Shown: piece after piece, positions 62,014 to 64,000 of the stretch
How positions within the stretch are numbered: position 1 is the stretch's first letter
Layout: every line of letters starts with the position of its first letter
NCBI GenBank assembly: GCA_043228905.1
Contig: JBHGNT010000010.1
Location: 11,718,001 to 11,782,000 of the forward strand
DNA from: Azolla caroliniana
Lineage: Eukaryota; Plantae; Polypodiophyta
Reading direction: 5' to 3'
Length of the DNA: 64,000 nt
Translations under genes and position numbers: made by a program
Notes under the pieces: generated by a model
Seen by the model: the letters and a program-made list of their open reading frames with translations, nothing else
What the model was told of the DNA's origin: nothing
The model's database searches: none

Positions 62014-62847
62014 GGTTGATATTTGTCGATTTTTAGGCGGAGATCTCGCTATCGTGCTTCGTGCTCTATGTGCTCTGTTTGCTCTGTTTCCTCTTGTGTT
62101 TCGTGTGAGTGAAATATGACGAGGTCTTCCTATTTATAGGGATTGACCACAGTGGTTAAAGTAACCACAGTCAGCTTAACCAGGGTTGGCAAGCGTGAGG
62201 TTAGTTAGTTAGTAACCACAATCACATTAACCTGAGTAACTTATGATTGCATTAATGATTACAAAGTAAAACTAACATATTGATGAGTATTCTATAGTCA
62301 AAATAACTTACAATGACTTTGAAGGTCATGAAGGAAACAATGATAGAGGTTCATCAATGAACTAATGATTGATTACTTAAATCAACATTTTTATGACTCC
62401 TTAATTGCTTTGTATTAAAGATGTGGGCATGAATGAACCAATGATTGAAATGTCTTATATTTAAAATGGTGGGCATTAATGAACCAATGACTGAGAAGTT
62501 CTATATTAAATATGGGTGCCTTTAATTAACCAATGATTTTAACTTTAATCCAACATATATATGGCTTAATTATATTATACTTGATTTAACTTCATATAGA
62601 CTAGTTTAAGTAATTATTAATATGTTAAATACAATTACTATATTAAAAATAATAATTTTTTATGTATTGTATTAATATAATATTAAATAATATAGACATT
62701 ATATTGAGGGCGCTTCTATTTAGAGAAGAGTTTATGTTTTGAGAGGAGTTTATGTTTAGAGAGGAGTATATGTTTAGGGAGGAGCTTATTAGTTTTTTGC
62801 CTTAGCCTAAGCACATAACTTAAAGAGCTCTGTCTAGACCTTAAGCC

Positions 62848-64000
62848 ATGAGTGAAGATTCACCGTTCTCGATTGAAGAATATTGTTTGTCATCAGACTC
62901 TTCGTTTTCTACTGAAGAATATTGTCTGTCGACAAACTCACCCTTTTCTATTGAAGAATATTGTCTGTTGACAGACTCGCCATATTCTATTGAAGAGTAT
63001 TGTGTGAACTCATCTTCACCTACAACGAATATGAATAATGACACATGTGAAGAGTTCTCTATTGAAGAATACGATATTAATAAAGATACGGAGAATGAAG
63101 GCAGTGCCAATGAAACATCGAATATCATGGGCAATGGTCACAACAGAGAATTGGATAGTAACAAGGTTACACCAACTTCTATGCAGGAAGAGAAATCTGG
63201 AAGCCCTATGCATATTAGAAGAATCCCACGAAGAATTCTTCTGGCTAGATTTAACTTGGTGACATCTAATAAACAGATTGGATTTGATGTCAAAAAAATA
63301 TGTTGTGCTCGTGGTTGTATGTCTATGATTGGAAAATCAAAGTTGCGAGAATTAAGGCGATATTATTTTTCGATGACTGGTGATGAGCAAGACACTTACC
63401 TCGGGTCAAATATGCAACTAGTGTCTGACAAATGTACGGGGATCAAAGTATCATTCGAGTATTATATCTTCCGTGCGTGACAGATATGTAGAGTTGCATT
63501 CAAAATTGCGTTATGTGTTAGTAACATGCGGCTACATAGACTACAAGAACATCTACTTATGCTCAATTGTAAAGAGGTTCCAAGTATGAAAGGTGCAATT
63601 GGAAGATATGCTATTGGTTGGATGAAAACTTACTTTCAGTTAAATTGTGAAGTAATGCCCACTACAGGTAGGATGCACCTTTCTGATAATTACACACGTC
63701 AGGAAGTTTATGATGTCTATCGTTCTGATATGGTGGGCTCACGTAATAAGTCTGTCACATATAGCCAATTCACAAGACTATGGAGAGCTCGGTTTTCAAA
63801 TGTTATCATTCCACGTAAAGTACACATGGGGTATTGCTCCATTTGTGCAAATCTTAAAAGTTTGGCTAAAGGTGCAAAGACATCAATGGAAAAGGATATG
63901 AGTAAGAAGTTACTACAAGAGCATCGTGAGGCACAATCGTTAGAACGAAAGAAGGTGATGCATTATAGAGAGAAGTGTTTGAAGAGGCCCGAACAATACA
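62848..64000 (+). pseudogene. N-terminal half of a Sola1-related DNA transposase (one in-frame TGA at 63478), runs off the window
   Basis: Reading through the stop: CCARGC...ICRVAF...WMKTYF...MPTTGRMHL...QFTRLWRARFSNVIIPRK..GYCSIC...EHREAQSLER; N-terminal 13-aa repeats (DSPFSIEEYCL). The catalytic domain is not in the window. Confidence 0.6.

Overview
Eukaryotic, gene-free heterochromatin-type DNA made almost entirely of nested transposable elements. The TE families look like those of a non-seed land plant such as a fern, lycophyte or bryophyte; this is an inference. Contents: about 7 Ty1/copia copies or fragments, about 8 Ty3/gypsy or non-autonomous LTR copies or solo LTRs, a 5'-truncated LINE, and two Sola-like DNA transposons. 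One Gypsy (53195-60392) is young and has intact ORFs. One Sola-like element spans 21.7 kb (6888-28611) with TIRs. Main observations: (1) one Gypsy lineage, present as 3 insertions, has the protease in ORF1, a G_GAU_UUU slippery site plus conserved pseudoknot before RT, a tRNA-Trp primer, and 4-bp target sites all centred on CpG; (2) antisense tRNA-like A/B-box modules sit in the LTRs of three Gypsy families; (3) a non-autonomous LTR element has an inverted tRNA-Arg PBS where the PPT should be; (4) the Sola-like transposons have introns filled with tandem arrays and carry a second gene, one encoding a RING-H2 domain; (5) a Gypsy LTR and a Copia LTR share a U3 segment. Coordinates were read by eye and may be off by a few bases; family names come from motif recognition, not database searches.
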